Assembly (NCBI GenBank): GCA_039794845.1
Contig: JAUQVK010000086.1
Span: 1-64,000, forward strand
Direction: 5' to 3'
Source of the DNA: Thermostichus sp. DRC_bins_24
GTDB lineage: Bacteria > Cyanobacteriota > Cyanobacteriia > Thermostichales > Thermostichaceae
DNA: 64,000 bases
Position numbers and translations under genes: made by a program. The notes below the pieces were generated by a model. It was given only the letters and a program-made list of their open reading frames with translations. It was not told the DNA's origin and did not search any database. Shown here piece after piece: positions 1 to 10,707 of this stretch. Position 1 is the stretch's first letter, and every line of letters begins with the position of its first letter.

Positions 1-130
1 CGACAGACGTTTGTGGAATGGGCAAATCGGGGTCGGCATCATTGTGCTTGGGCACAAGCGTATTGTCGAATGCAAAGGAGTCAAGGGCAATTCTCATCCG
101 GCGACAATGCGGTCGTTAGCGTTCAAAAAG
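1..130 (+). pseudogene. IS110-family transposase C-terminal fragment, frameshifted and truncated (continues off the window edge)
   Basis: Frame 1 reads RQTFVEWANRGRHHCAWAQAYCRMQRSQG, then frame 2 reads GNSHPATMRSLAFK; this resembles the IS110 tail (RQTFxEWA...WA.AYY..QR..GKSH.AA.R.LAFKW). Confidence 0.7.
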
Positions 131-139
131 TGCTGTGCC

Positions 140-1267
140 CTAACGGAGAGGTCCTGGTGTTATCTGGCCCAAAGGGACAGAACGTCTCGCCCCAGTGGCT
201 TCCGGCAAATGATTGGCTTCACCTTGCCAAGTTCGATAGGCCAAGATCGCGAAAGCAAAAGCTTCTTTAACGTCGGAAGGGATCCCCAGTTGCGTGGTGG
301 TGAGCAGGGTTGTGGTGGGTAGTTGTTCTTGCAAGAGGCGCATGAGGACGGAGTTTTGGGTGCCGCCACCGCTAACAATGACCTGATCTGGGAGCTCCGG
401 CAAAAAGTCTTTGTAGGCTTGGGCGATGGAATAGGCCGTAAATGCTGTTAGCGTGGCAATGCAGTCTTGGGGGGAGGGGAACTGGGGCCAGAGTTGCTCC
501 AAGTAGCGGGATCCAAAATAGTCTCGACCGGTGGTTTTGGGTGGCCTCTGCTGAAAATAGGGATCCTGCATCCATTCTTTAACTTTTTCCCAGTGGATCT
601 GGCCCTGGGCCGCCCATGTTCCATCCCGATCAAAGGTTTGTTGCCCTTGGCTGGCTCGCATCACCGCCAAATCAAGCAAAATGTTGCCGGGGCCGGTGTC
701 GAAAGCCAGAGGCGATCCCTTGCTAGAGGTGCTGGGTAAGTAGGTCAAGTTGGCAATGCCGCCAATGTTTTGGGCCACCCGATTCAGGTGAGGATCCCTG
801 AACAAAAGCCAATCTACGAAAGCCACCAAAGGTGCTCCCTGCCCTCCGGCAGCCATATCCCGCGCTCGAAAGTTGCTGACCACCGGGATCCCGGTAAGTT
901 CGGCGATGACCGAAGCCTCGCCAATTTGCAACGTAGAAGCGCAGGGGCCGGTGGGAATATGCCAGAGGGTTTGACCGTGGCTCCCGATTAAATCGATTTG
1001 CTCGGGGGTTAGCTTGGCCGATCGGATCCCTTGCAATGCTGCCTCGGCAAAAGCCCTGCCGACGCGGAAGTTGAGGGCACAGATCTGATCAACCCCGCTG
1101 GTTTGTGGCTCGGAAGCCCGTAGAATCTCCCCTCGCAGCGAGGGTAAATAGGGGATCATTTCGTGGTGTACCAGGTTCCACCGCAGAGGATTGCTGCCCT
1201 CAAGTTCCACAATGGCAACATCGATCCCATCCACGGAAGTGCCGGACATTAAGCCGATGACGATCAT
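140..1267 (-). CDS. anmK: Anhydro-N-acetylmuramic acid kinase
   Basis: [58 protein letters not shown] motifs. Confidence 0.95.
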   Translation of the reverse strand: MIVIGLMSGTSVDGIDVAIVELEGSNPLRWNLVHHEMIPYLPSLRGEILRASEPQTSGVDQICALNFRVGRAFAEAALQGIRSAKLTPEQIDLIGSHGQTLWHIPTGPCASTLQIGEASVIAELTGIPVVSNFRARDMAAGGQGAPLVAFVDWLLFRDPHLNRVAQNIGGIANLTYLPSTSSKGSPLAFDTGPGNILLDLAVMRASQGQQTFDRDGTWAAQGQIHWEKVKEWMQDPYFQQRPPKTTGRDYFGSRYLEQLWPQFPSPQDCIATLTAFTAYSIAQAYKDFLPELPDQVIVSGGGTQNSVLMRLLQEQLPTTTLLTTTQLGIPSDVKEAFAFAILAYRTWQGEANHLPEATGARRSVPLGQITPGPLR

Positions 1268-3114
1268 CTCGCCTTCAGGCCACAGGCCTGTTCCAGCCAG
1301 GCGGCCTCCTGTTCATCCAGGGTGGAGTGGTGCATCTCGTACACCTGCCGGTGATAGCGGTCAAGCCAGGTGCGCTGGACCTCATTCAAGGCGCCCCGGT
1401 CAATCAACCGCAGATCAAACGGGATCCACGTCAGGGAGCGAAAGCCCATCCACCCCTGCGGCTCAGGAATAGACACCACCTCGTAGAGATTTTCGAGGCG
1501 GATCCCTCCCCACCCCGGCAGGTAAAAGCCCGGCTCAATGCTGTTGATCATGCCCACCTTGAGGGGGGTACTGGCGCGGCGGTGAATGCCGTTGGGCCCC
1601 TCATGCACATTCAAAAACGCTCCCACTCCGTGGCCGGTACCGTGGCCGTAATCCATGCCCGCCTGCCAGAGAGTGGAACGGGTGATGCCATCCAGAGATA
1701 CCCCATGGGTGTCAGGGGGGAAAATCTGGCTGGCACATTGAATGTGGGCCTTGAGCACCTCTGTATAGCGTTGTTTGCACAAGGGATCCACCGGAGCAGG
1801 GCCGATCCAAACGGTGCGGGTATCGTCGGTGGTGCCTCCTTCGTAGTGGGATCCCGAATCCAGCAACAACAATTCTCCCGCCTGCAAAATTTTTTCCGGA
1901 TTGGGCGTGCCGTAGTGGATGATCGAGCTGTTGGCACCGGCCCCGGCAATGGTATTGAAGCTGAGGCCCACCCAGCCCCCTTCCTCTTGGTAGTGCCGTT
2001 CCATCACCGCTGCCACTTCGGCCTCGGTGACGGGTTGGGTTTGCCGCTCCAGCCAGGCCAGGGTGCGAATTTTGGCCCGACTGGCTTTGCGATTGGCCTG
2101 GCGCATCTGCTCCAGCTCAATGGGATTTTTAATGGCTTTCAGGGCCTCAACAGGGTGCTCCACATCTCGACAGGGCACATCTTGCAACAGATCCTGCGTG
2201 CCTTGGGTGGTGTGCTTGGGATCTATACCGACAGGGGCATGGCTTCTCGCCCATAGGGGCAGTTGCTCCGAATAAGCAGCATAGGGCCATACTTCTACCT
2301 CGGCCTCCGCCAAAACCTGCATGGATGCCGGGTCGAGCCGTTGGGGATCCGTAAACAAGGCCGCTCCCTGAGCACTTACCAGGGCATAGGCGCGAAACAC
2401 CGGATTGTAGGCAATATCAGAGCCGCGCAGGTTAAACAGCCAAGCCACCTGATCCAGTTTGGTGAGAGGCAATAACCCCACCCGTTTACGCTGCATTTCC
2501 TGACGGACTTGAGCCAGTTTTTCCGTGAGGGTTGCTCCACTCAGATGGGGGGGCACCGCATAAATGGGTTGGTCAAAGGGGTGGGATAATTTCGAGGGTT
2601 CTGGCATTAATTCCGGGTTGGATCCCTGATCGCCGGACTCTAGCAACCCCTGACGGATCCTATCCACCAGGTTTTCAGAGGTGGGGATCAACAGCACACC
2701 TCCTGCCTGAGTATGGGTTTTCAGTTGCCGATAGGTGGCCACCGAAACGGTAAAGGGATCCACCCCCAAGCGAAACCCGGATCCCAGCCCTTCGATGATC
2801 TCCATCAGGCTGGGCTGATCCGGTAGGCCCCCCTTAATTAGGGTGAAGAGGTTGAGATCCACCTCTTGTTCGGCCTGCTCGTGATAGCGGGGATCCACCA
2901 GCAGCCAGGCTTGCTCTCGACCGATTAGGGCATCCCCCGCCGAGCCGGTAAAGCCTGTGATCCACTGCCGCCGCTTGCGATTTTCCGGCAAATATTCGTT
3001 CAAATGTTCATCTGCCGAAGGGACCAAAAACCCATCGAGATCTCGGCTTTGCAAGAGCTGACGCAACTGTTGTAAACGAGCCGGAACGGTGAGGCGGGGC
3101 AAAGTTTGAGTCAT
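1264..3114 (-). CDS. Xaa-Pro aminopeptidase (aminopeptidase P, M24B)
   Basis: [55 protein letters not shown]; 4-bp overlap with the anmK start. Confidence 0.92.
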   Translation of the reverse strand: MTQTLPRLTVPARLQQLRQLLQSRDLDGFLVPSADEHLNEYLPENRKRRQWITGFTGSAGDALIGREQAWLLVDPRYHEQAEQEVDLNLFTLIKGGLPDQPSLMEIIEGLGSGFRLGVDPFTVSVATYRQLKTHTQAGGVLLIPTSENLVDRIRQGLLESGDQGSNPELMPEPSKLSHPFDQPIYAVPPHLSGATLTEKLAQVRQEMQRKRVGLLPLTKLDQVAWLFNLRGSDIAYNPVFRAYALVSAQGAALFTDPQRLDPASMQVLAEAEVEVWPYAAYSEQLPLWARSHAPVGIDPKHTTQGTQDLLQDVPCRDVEHPVEALKAIKNPIELEQMRQANRKASRAKIRTLAWLERQTQPVTEAEVAAVMERHYQEEGGWVGLSFNTIAGAGANSSIIHYGTPNPEKILQAGELLLLDSGSHYEGGTTDDTRTVWIGPAPVDPLCKQRYTEVLKAHIQCASQIFPPDTHGVSLDGITRSTLWQAGMDYGHGTGHGVGAFLNVHEGPNGIHRRASTPLKVGMINSIEPGFYLPGWGGIRLENLYEVVSIPEPQGWMGFRSLTWIPFDLRLIDRGALNEVQRTWLDRYHRQVYEMHHSTLDEQEAAWLEQACGLKAR

Positions 3115-3236
3115 GGCTGAGCATCAAAACGGAGAGCGTTGGGTTCACAAGCTTAAACGAATTCCCCGAAAGGGTGTTGACTGTTGTCGGGTGGGGTGAG
3201 GGTAGCCTGCCGCAAACATAGCCAAACATAGCGTTG

Positions 3237-3989
3237 TCACATAGGCTCTACTCCCTCTTGCAAAGCTTGGCGAGCGATGCGTGTGACGTAAACGGTGACA
3301 GCTACTGTGGCGATCAACCCAATGATGCGAAGGATCCATTGGGCGGTTTGGGCTTGCGGCTCCAACTCTGAGCGGCCCATATTGGCCAGGGATCCCGCCA
3401 AAGAGCCGATGTACACGTACATAAAGGTGCCCGGCAGGATCCCGGCGGTGCCCAACAAATTATCCCAAAAAGAAACCTGGGTCAGTCCCAGGGCGTAGTT
3501 GAGCACATTGAAGGGAAACGCCGGCGACAGACGGATCAAGCCAACGATTTTCCACCCTTCACGCCCTACCGCCCGGTCGATGGCAGCAAACTTGGCATTG
3601 CCCTCGATCAGCTTGGCCACCCGTTCCCGCGCCAAGTAACGCCCGATCAAAAAGGCCAGATTTGCCCCGATCGTCGCCCCGATCACTACGTAAAGGGCCC
3701 CCGCCAGCACCCCAAACACGGCCCCTGCTCCCAAAGTCAGCACAGAAGCGGGCAGAAACAGCACCGTCGCCACAATGTAGATACCGATGAAGATCATCGG
3801 CCCCAATGGCCCCAATCCTTCGATCCAGCCTAGGGCATCGGTGAAAAAACTCTGAACCGCTCCAAGCACTCCCGACTGACGTACCAGCAACACAACGCTA
3901 ACGATAACCCCAACCAGGCTAACTGCGAGTTTCAGCATCAACCACCGCTTTTGCGAAGATTTGGGATCGGCTTGGGAAACGGGATCCAT
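3237..3989 (-). CDS. TVP38/TMEM64 (DedA/VTT-domain) membrane protein
   Basis: Hydrophobic; LFLPASVLTLGAG, LIRLSPAFPFNVLNYALG, GILPGT. Confidence 0.9.
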   Translation of the reverse strand: MDPVSQADPKSSQKRWLMLKLAVSLVGVIVSVVLLVRQSGVLGAVQSFFTDALGWIEGLGPLGPMIFIGIYIVATVLFLPASVLTLGAGAVFGVLAGALYVVIGATIGANLAFLIGRYLARERVAKLIEGNAKFAAIDRAVGREGWKIVGLIRLSPAFPFNVLNYALGLTQVSFWDNLLGTAGILPGTFMYVYIGSLAGSLANMGRSELEPQAQTAQWILRIIGLIATVAVTVYVTRIARQALQEGVEPM

Positions 3990-4072
3990 AGGTAAACTTC
4001 CTCCGGAGCATGGAGTCAGAGCTTTGGGGCAAACCTTCCGCGTGGGTTCTATACAAGCCGACAGTCTGGGCG

Positions 4073-5836
4073 CTACCAGCTCACGCGCTCCCGCAATTGC
4101 TCCAGACGGGCAGGGCCAATGCCATTCACCCGTTGCAGATCCTCCAGAGAGGAAAAGGGACGAGCCTCGATGATGCGCTGAGCAATCGCTGGGCCAATAC
4201 CGGGCAACTGTTCCAATTCTGCAGCCGTGGCGGTGTTGACGTTAATGCGCAGGGATCCCGCAGGTTGGGTGGCGAGGGTAGCAGGAGGGGCAATCGGTTG
4301 TGGCTCTTGAATCACCTCCACTTCCAGCTCCAGATCCGGTTCGGGCAAAGCAGCCGTGGCGGGTATAGGGTTGGGGCAAAGACGGGATCCCTCTTCAGCC
4401 CGTTGTTGCAGACGGCGGCTGGGGCCAAAGCGGGCATCGGTGATCAGTCGGTCGAACTCGCGCACGAAGTGGTCCACCACCAGGCCATTGCGGATGATCA
4501 ACAGATTCTCATCGTTGGTGTGGTTGGCCGCCACCGACCAATTGTGGGATCCCGTGATCACCGTGGCGTTAGGAGTGCCGGGGTCGATAATGCCGAATTT
4601 GTGGTGCAGTTTATCGGTGGGTGCCAGGTTGGGTACTCCCACAAATTGTGCGGGCATCGTCCAGGGTAAGCGGACGGGATCCACCGTGCAGTTTTCTCCG
4701 GGCAGCAGTAGCCCCCACATCTCCAGGGTGCGGCTGTAATCTCGAAAGGCAAAACCAGGGTCGAATACGCCGCGAATTTCCACGTTGCGCTCCCGCCGCA
4801 GTTGCTTCATCTGGTTGGCGATGCCTTGATCGGTAAAGACAAACAGAGCCAGATCCACCTGTTGCTGCGCTTGGGCCAGAGCGGCGGCGATGATGCCATT
4901 GGAAGTGGCTTCGTAGGGTAAAGAACGGCTGCTGGGGGAAAAATGTACCCCCACGATTGCATCGGCAATGTAGACCGTTTCTAAAGGTCGCCTGGGCTTT
5001 TGCACCCCAAACACACTGTCGGGCAAACCGCCGGGGCCATCCCCCCACATGAGGTTGAATTCATCGGTGTAGATGCGGGCTAGCTCCGGGCTTTCCAGCA
5101 GCACCATGTGATTGGCATTGCCAACGCTACCGAGAGAATCAAAATCGCCGTGAATATCGGAAAGGGTGAAATTGGCGGATCCCGTCAACACCTTTTGCCC
5201 GTCGATGACAACGAACTTGTGGTGCATGAGGCCGCTGCCTTTGGAGCCGTCGGCAGTGTCATCCAGCCAGGGCACATTGCCCCGCTCCAATACCGTATAC
5301 ACATCCCGCGTGGCGATCTCCTCCTGCGAAAACTGACCATCCCGATTCAGATCCACCAGGTTGCGGTATTCCTCGAATTTGCTTCGGCTGCGCTGATCCA
5401 GCGCCTGGACTTGACCGGGGGTGAGTTCATGCCAGGCCCGCACGTAGGAGTTCTCGGTAATGAATCGCACAGGGATCCCCGCTTGCCGACGTTCCACCAA
5501 GGCTTGGGCAATCAGGGGCAGGTTTAATTCCTGGACGGCAATGTCGACGGAGCCTTGGGCCGAGCGAATTTGCGACACGATCAGATCTTCCAGGTTGTAG
5601 CCGTAGCGATAGATCTGTCGATAGGGATCCCGGTAGGTGCTTTCGCGGCTTTGGTTAAACTCCACGCGAATGCGCGGGTGTTGGGGCAGGGCGGCAATAG
5701 TGGGTAGATCCGGATCCCGTTCGTAGGGTCTAGGCCTCGGGCCAACCCAGTAGCCGATGATTACCAAGACGAGAAGCAGTGCTACCCAAGGCAGCCAACG
5801 GCGAATTTGCCGCAACCAGCGAGGGAGTCCATGCAT
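4073..5836 (-). CDS. Phospholipase D-like (two HKD) protein with C-terminal ComEA helix-hairpin-helix; cyanobacterial competence ComA-type
   Basis: MHHKFVVID and LHHKFGIID motifs; INVNTATAAELEQLPGIGPAIAQRII; N-terminal TM helix. Confidence 0.88.
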   Translation of the reverse strand: MHGLPRWLRQIRRWLPWVALLLVLVIIGYWVGPRPRPYERDPDLPTIAALPQHPRIRVEFNQSRESTYRDPYRQIYRYGYNLEDLIVSQIRSAQGSVDIAVQELNLPLIAQALVERRQAGIPVRFITENSYVRAWHELTPGQVQALDQRSRSKFEEYRNLVDLNRDGQFSQEEIATRDVYTVLERGNVPWLDDTADGSKGSGLMHHKFVVIDGQKVLTGSANFTLSDIHGDFDSLGSVGNANHMVLLESPELARIYTDEFNLMWGDGPGGLPDSVFGVQKPRRPLETVYIADAIVGVHFSPSSRSLPYEATSNGIIAAALAQAQQQVDLALFVFTDQGIANQMKQLRRERNVEIRGVFDPGFAFRDYSRTLEMWGLLLPGENCTVDPVRLPWTMPAQFVGVPNLAPTDKLHHKFGIIDPGTPNATVITGSHNWSVAANHTNDENLLIIRNGLVVDHFVREFDRLITDARFGPSRRLQQRAEEGSRLCPNPIPATAALPEPDLELEVEVIQEPQPIAPPATLATQPAGSLRINVNTATAAELEQLPGIGPAIAQRIIEARPFSSLEDLQRVNGIGPARLEQLRERVSW

Positions 5837-6127
5837 GGTTCAACCTGCCAAGCCCGTAACACCACCACGATACAGCCCTTTACGCCCAGGGTACGCCAGT
5901 CCCGTATGGAGGTTGAGACTTACCTCCCGAAGGGATGGCGGAGCGGGAGCAGGAAGCGCAAGTCCCGCCCCAGAAAACCCCCGCAAAGGCCATGTCACCT
6001 GATAAAGGAGCTTTCGAGTAGTGGGCATTGCGGCATCAGCACCCCGAGAGTTCCCTTCAACTCCTTTGGAAGTCCCAAGCTTGCTTTTTAAGATTAGGGC
6101 GAACGTTTCGTTTGATTAAATTTAATC

Positions 6128-6676
6128 ATGATTCGTAAACTTTCTCTGGCTGGGTTGGCCATCCTTGCCTCTGCGCTGCTGGCTGCCTGCGGAAGTTCTG
6201 GAGACACGGCTGTGTCTCCTCCTTCTCCTACCCCCACGGTGTCCCCCAGTCCTACTCCTGCCCCATCGGATATTGTGGCAATCGCTGCCGGCAATCCTGA
6301 CTTCAGCACTCTGGTTGCTGCTCTGCAGGCGGCAGATTTGGTCGAGGCCCTGCAAGCAGAAGGCCCCTTCACGGTATTTGCTCCCACCAATGCTGCCTTC
6401 GCCGCGTTGCCGGCCGGGACTGTAGAAAGCCTGCTTCTGCCCGAAAACCGGGATGATTTGGTGCGCATCCTTACCTATCACGTGGTGCCCGCCGCTGCCC
6501 TTTCCAGCGCGCTCAGCTCTGGTCAGCAGGTGACCACTCTCGAGGGATCCCCTGTAACCGTCACCATCGAAAATGGCGTGATCAAAATCAACGATGCGAC
6601 GGTGATCACCCCTGATATCGAAGCCTCCAACGGCATTATCCACGTCATCGACGCGGTGCTTATTCCCCCCCAGTAG
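6128..6676 (+). CDS. Fasciclin (FAS1) domain lipoprotein
   Basis: Lipobox LAAC, P/T/S linker, FTVFAPTNAAF, ILTYHVV, NGIIHVIDAVLIP. Confidence 0.93.
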   Translation: MIRKLSLAGLAILASALLAACGSSGDTAVSPPSPTPTVSPSPTPAPSDIVAIAAGNPDFSTLVAALQAADLVEALQAEGPFTVFAPTNAAFAALPAGTVESLLLPENRDDLVRILTYHVVPAAALSSALSSGQQVTTLEGSPVTVTIENGVIKINDATVITPDIEASNGIIHVIDAVLIPPQ

Positions 6677-6721
6677 GGCCATAGCGCATGATGGATCCAG
6701 CGGTTTAGAGAGGGATCCATC

Positions 6722-6934
6722 ATGGAACGGCCCAAATGGGTAGCGATTGTTACAGGGATCCTGGCGATTGCGCTGGGGGTGGGCTATCTGCTGCTGGTGC
6801 AGCTCCTGGATTATCGCGGCGGTGAATTTCTGCCTGCACCGCTGGATCCCCTTGCCCTTGTGGGAGGGGATTTTCGGTTCTCGGGGGAAGTTAATCGGTT
6901 CACGGTTACCGGGATCCCCGGCCTCCTTCGTTAG
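6722..6934 (+). CDS. Small cyanobacterial membrane protein
   Basis: Single TM (WVAIVTGILAIALGVGYLLLVQLLDYRG..FLPAP) of a type I recall as conserved in cyanobacteria; GAGG RBS upstream. Confidence 0.65.
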   Translation: MERPKWVAIVTGILAIALGVGYLLLVQLLDYRGGEFLPAPLDPLALVGGDFRFSGEVNRFTVTGIPGLLR

Positions 6935-7094
6935 GGAGAAACCTTTTTCTGGCGGCAACCGGCAGCAAAAAAACGTGTAACCCGCTACAGCAGACCCTAT
7001 GCTAGAGAAGCAAATGCGGATACAGTCCGCAACAAGCGCTGGGGTTTTTCATGGCCCAGCTGCAACGGATCCTTTGGGCAAGCTGTGAGTTGGG

Positions 7095-8603
7095 ATGGTG
7101 TTGTCGCGCTCCACTTGGATGTGGTTGTTGGCGGGGTTGGGGTTGGCCACCCTTAGTCAGTACGTGCAATTCTTGGGGGGAATCTACGGAGCCGTAGCTC
7201 CCTACTCGGTGCCCCTGGCGGATCTGGCGGTGCTGGGGATCTTGGGGGGAACCACTGCGGCGGCTCTCTCGGCCCGGAACTGGTGGCAGTACCGGCGCTC
7301 GCACCATTCGGCTCCATTGCCCTCTAGGGTTCGCAAGCCTTTGCGCCGGGTGAAACTCACTGCCGATCACGTTCAATCGGATCTGGAAGATGCCGACCGC
7401 CTCATCCAAAAGTTGCAGGACGACATCAACCGCCGCGCCCTCCGCGCCAAGATTCAAGAGATCGATCGGCGGCTCAGCCAGCAAGAGCTGCACTTGGTGG
7501 TGTTCGGCACCAGTTCTGCGGGAAAAACTTCTTTAATCAATGCGTTGATGGGTCAGCCGGTGGGCGAAACGGCCCCCACTTTGGGCACCACCCAACAGGG
7601 ATCCATCCATACCTATCAGCTGGCGGGGTTGAGCAGCCCCATTTCCCTCACCGATACTCCCGGATTGCTAACCATTGGCGGTGCGGGTGAAGCAGAGGCG
7701 CGGTTGTTGGCCCAAAAGGCGGATCTGCTGATTTTGGTGGTGGCCGGGGATCTGCTGGCTTCCGAATATGCTGAGCTGCTCGAGCTGGCTCAACTGGGTA
7801 AGCAGGCGATCTTGGCCCTGAACAAAACCGATCAAATGTTGCCGGAGGATGTGGAGACGATCCTGGCTCACCTGCGCCAACGCACCGCAGCGGTCATCCC
7901 TCCTGAACAAGTGGTGGCGATTGCCGCCGATCCAGAACCCTTGAAGGTGCGCTATCGCTTTGCGGATGGATCCCTGCAGGAGGGTTGGGAGCCCCAACCC
8001 CCAGACACGGCTGCCCTCATTCACCAGATGGCCCACCTGCTGCAACAAAAGGGATCCCATCTGCGCCTGGCCAATGCTCTGTTGCAGACCCAAAACTTGG
8101 CAGAAGCTGCCCAAGCGGCTCTACAAGAGGAGCGCACCCAACGAGGCAGGCAGATCGTCGAGCGGATGCAATGGGCCACCGCAGCTGCTTTGGCGGTTAC
8201 CCCCATGCCGGCGTTGGATGTGGTGGCGGGGGTGGCGATCCAGGCGCGCATGATCGGGGAGCTGCATCAGGCGTTTGATCGACGCATTACCCTGAAGCGG
8301 GCACAACAGGCTGCGCAAAGTTTGGCACACATTCTGGTGCAGTTGGGGGGTATGGAGTTGGCCACACAGGCCCTCGGCTCTTTTCTGAAGGCCAGCCCGT
8401 TGGTGTTGATGGGGATCCCGCTGCAGGCGGTGAGCGGGGCTTATCTGACGCGAGTGGCCGGACTCAGCTACCTGGAATGGCTGCGCTCCGGGGATCCCTG
8501 GCAAGAAGAAATTCTGCAAGAACGGGTCAGGCAGCAACTCTCCAACCGTCGTCCTCTGGCCTTTCTCACCCAATTGGCTCGCCAAGCCCGTTCCAGTGGT
8601 TAG
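7095..8603 (+). CDS. Membrane-anchored GTP-binding protein with DUF697/YcjF-like C-terminus
   Basis: GTSSAGKTS (G1), DTPG (G3), NKTD (G4); TPMPALD and hydrophobic C-terminal region. Confidence 0.85.
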   Translation: MVLSRSTWMWLLAGLGLATLSQYVQFLGGIYGAVAPYSVPLADLAVLGILGGTTAAALSARNWWQYRRSHHSAPLPSRVRKPLRRVKLTADHVQSDLEDADRLIQKLQDDINRRALRAKIQEIDRRLSQQELHLVVFGTSSAGKTSLINALMGQPVGETAPTLGTTQQGSIHTYQLAGLSSPISLTDTPGLLTIGGAGEAEARLLAQKADLLILVVAGDLLASEYAELLELAQLGKQAILALNKTDQMLPEDVETILAHLRQRTAAVIPPEQVVAIAADPEPLKVRYRFADGSLQEGWEPQPPDTAALIHQMAHLLQQKGSHLRLANALLQTQNLAEAAQAALQEERTQRGRQIVERMQWATAAALAVTPMPALDVVAGVAIQARMIGELHQAFDRRITLKRAQQAAQSLAHILVQLGGMELATQALGSFLKASPLVLMGIPLQAVSGAYLTRVAGLSYLEWLRSGDPWQEEILQERVRQQLSNRRPLAFLTQLARQARSSG

Positions 8604-8844
8604 CGAAAACGAGGGCAGCGGCCTCCTTTACCCTACACGTAACTGTTATCTCAGCGATCTTCAAGCGAGTGGTTTTCGGGAACTTGGTGCTTTCGCCTCG
8701 ATTTTGCGCGATTCGGAATATCCCATCAGCTTGCGGGATCATGCCCGTGCAGAAGGATGTGTTGCCTGTGAGTTTAAATTGGAAGCTCCCCCCATTCTGC
8801 TGGATCGCCTGCGCCCTTGGTTGTCTCCCCATCCAGAGCATCCA

Positions 8845-9076
8845 GAACCGCATTGTCGATGTGCAGCTGGAGCCCGGGGAGCATCTGTACGTGCGCTGCA
8901 GCGGTGTGGATCGGGTGTATGCCTTGGGCCGACCGACGGAGTATCGCAGTGTGGCCGAGCAGGGGTTGACGGAAGCCAAGATCGACTCAAAAGGCTGGCG
9001 TAGCCCTTATCTGCGGGTGTTGGTGCGGGATCACCTGGGGGGCAAGGCTTGGTCGAACCCGATTTGGTTGGATTGA
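8845..9076 (+). pseudogene. 3' remnant of a PHP/CehA-McbA-like metallohydrolase gene
   Basis: Ends YLRVLVRDHLGGKAWSNPIWLD, typical of that family's C-terminus; no catalytic N-terminal part or credible start. Confidence 0.55.
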
Positions 9077-9150
9077 CCGGGATCCCCACCGTCTATCCTC
9101 GACAACAACGGTAGAGTGGTGTCATTCACGGGATCTGCGGAGTTCTCTCA

Positions 9151-10620
9151 ATGGGCCAGGAGATCGCCTCCCTCAGCTTTAGTGCCGAAGATTTCGCCGA
9201 GTTTGCAGCTCAGCTCCAGCAGGAGACGGATTTGCTGGCCCGTTGGTTGGCCGGAGCACCGGGGTTGGATCCGGCCTGTCAGCCTTTTGCCCAGGGATCC
9301 CTGGTGGGAGGGTTTGAGCTAGAGGCCTGGCTCATTACTGCTCAGGGGGAACCGGCCCCGATCAACCAAGCCTACCTGGAAGCGGTGAACAATCCGCTGG
9401 TGGTACCGGAACTGGCCCAATTTAACGTGGAGATCAACAGCCAGCCGCAGGTTCTCACCGGATCGGCTCTGCAGCAGTTTCACCGAGATCTCAGCCAAAC
9501 TTGGGAGCACTGTTGCCAGGTGGCCGACCAACTGCAGGCAGGGCTGATGATGATCGGCATTTTGCCCACGGTGCGGCAAGACCAACTCACCCTGGAGATG
9601 ATCTCCCCCCGCAAGCGGTACTTGGCCCTCAACGAGCAGATCCTGAACCTGCACCGGCGCAAGCAACCGCAAGGGATCCCGCCCCTGGGGCTAGAGATTC
9701 AGGGCCCCGCCGCCCGCCTGCAGACTCTTCACCCCGACATTATGCTGGAGGCGGCCACCACCTCCTTCCAAATCCACTTGCAAGTGCCTCCTGAACAGGC
9801 GGCTCGTTATTTTAATGCTTCGCTGATTTTGGCGGCCCCTTTGGTGGCGGTAGCGGCCAATTCCCCCTATCTGTTTGGGCATGATCTGTGGGCGGAAACC
9901 CGCATCCCTTTGTTTGAGCAGGCTCTGGACGGGCCACCCCCCCTTTCTCCCACCCACCACCCCCGCGTCACCCTGGGACAGGGCTATGTGCAGGGATCCC
10001 TGATGGAGTTGTTTTGGGAAAATGTGCGCTGCTATCCCATTTTGTTGCCACAAAAGATGGCTACCCCGGTGTCGGAACTGGCCCATCTGCGCCTACACAA
10101 CGGCACCATCTGGCGCTGGAACCGTCCTCTGATTGGATTGGATCCTCTCCCCCACGTGCGCATCGAACAACGGGTGGTGGCGGCAGGCCCAACAATACCT
10201 GACATGATTGCCAATGCTGCCTTCTGTTTTGGCCTCACCCAAGCCTTGGGATCCCAGCCCGTGCCCCCTGAGCATGACCTAAGCTTTGCCCAATGCCGAG
10301 CCAACTTTTATGCTGCTGCCCAACTGGGTTTGGATGCCCCGATCACCTGGCTGGAGGGCTGGCAAGGATCCCTACGGCAGTTGCTCCTGAAAGAATTGCT
10401 CCCGCTGGCAGAAGTGGGACTGGGGCAACTGAACCTGGTGCAAAGAGATGTGCAGCAGTATCTGGGCATTATCCGGGACCGCGCCGAGTCGGGTCAAAAT
10501 GGAGCCACTTGGCAGCGCCGCTATGTCGCCCGCCATGGTAAAGATATGCAACAATTAACCTGTGCCTATTGGGAACGGCAGCGCCAAGGTAGCCCGGTGC
10601 ATACTTGGGATTTGACTTAG
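9151..10620 (+). CDS. Glutamate--cysteine ligase-like (GCS2-type) carboxylate-amine ligase
   Basis: GFELE, ELAQFNVEIN, SFQIHLQ, ANSPYLFG, WAETRIPLF, HNGTIWRWNRP, RIEQR. Confidence 0.85.
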   Translation: MGQEIASLSFSAEDFAEFAAQLQQETDLLARWLAGAPGLDPACQPFAQGSLVGGFELEAWLITAQGEPAPINQAYLEAVNNPLVVPELAQFNVEINSQPQVLTGSALQQFHRDLSQTWEHCCQVADQLQAGLMMIGILPTVRQDQLTLEMISPRKRYLALNEQILNLHRRKQPQGIPPLGLEIQGPAARLQTLHPDIMLEAATTSFQIHLQVPPEQAARYFNASLILAAPLVAVAANSPYLFGHDLWAETRIPLFEQALDGPPPLSPTHHPRVTLGQGYVQGSLMELFWENVRCYPILLPQKMATPVSELAHLRLHNGTIWRWNRPLIGLDPLPHVRIEQRVVAAGPTIPDMIANAAFCFGLTQALGSQPVPPEHDLSFAQCRANFYAAAQLGLDAPITWLEGWQGSLRQLLLKELLPLAEVGLGQLNLVQRDVQQYLGIIRDRAESGQNGATWQRRYVARHGKDMQQLTCAYWERQRQGSPVHTWDLT

Positions 10621-10707
10621 CAGCTAAAGGTAACTCTCATCTCAAGGGTTGTCTCACCACCACTTAAAAAAACATTGCGACCAATGGGGTGCTGGAACGG
10701 ATAAAGT

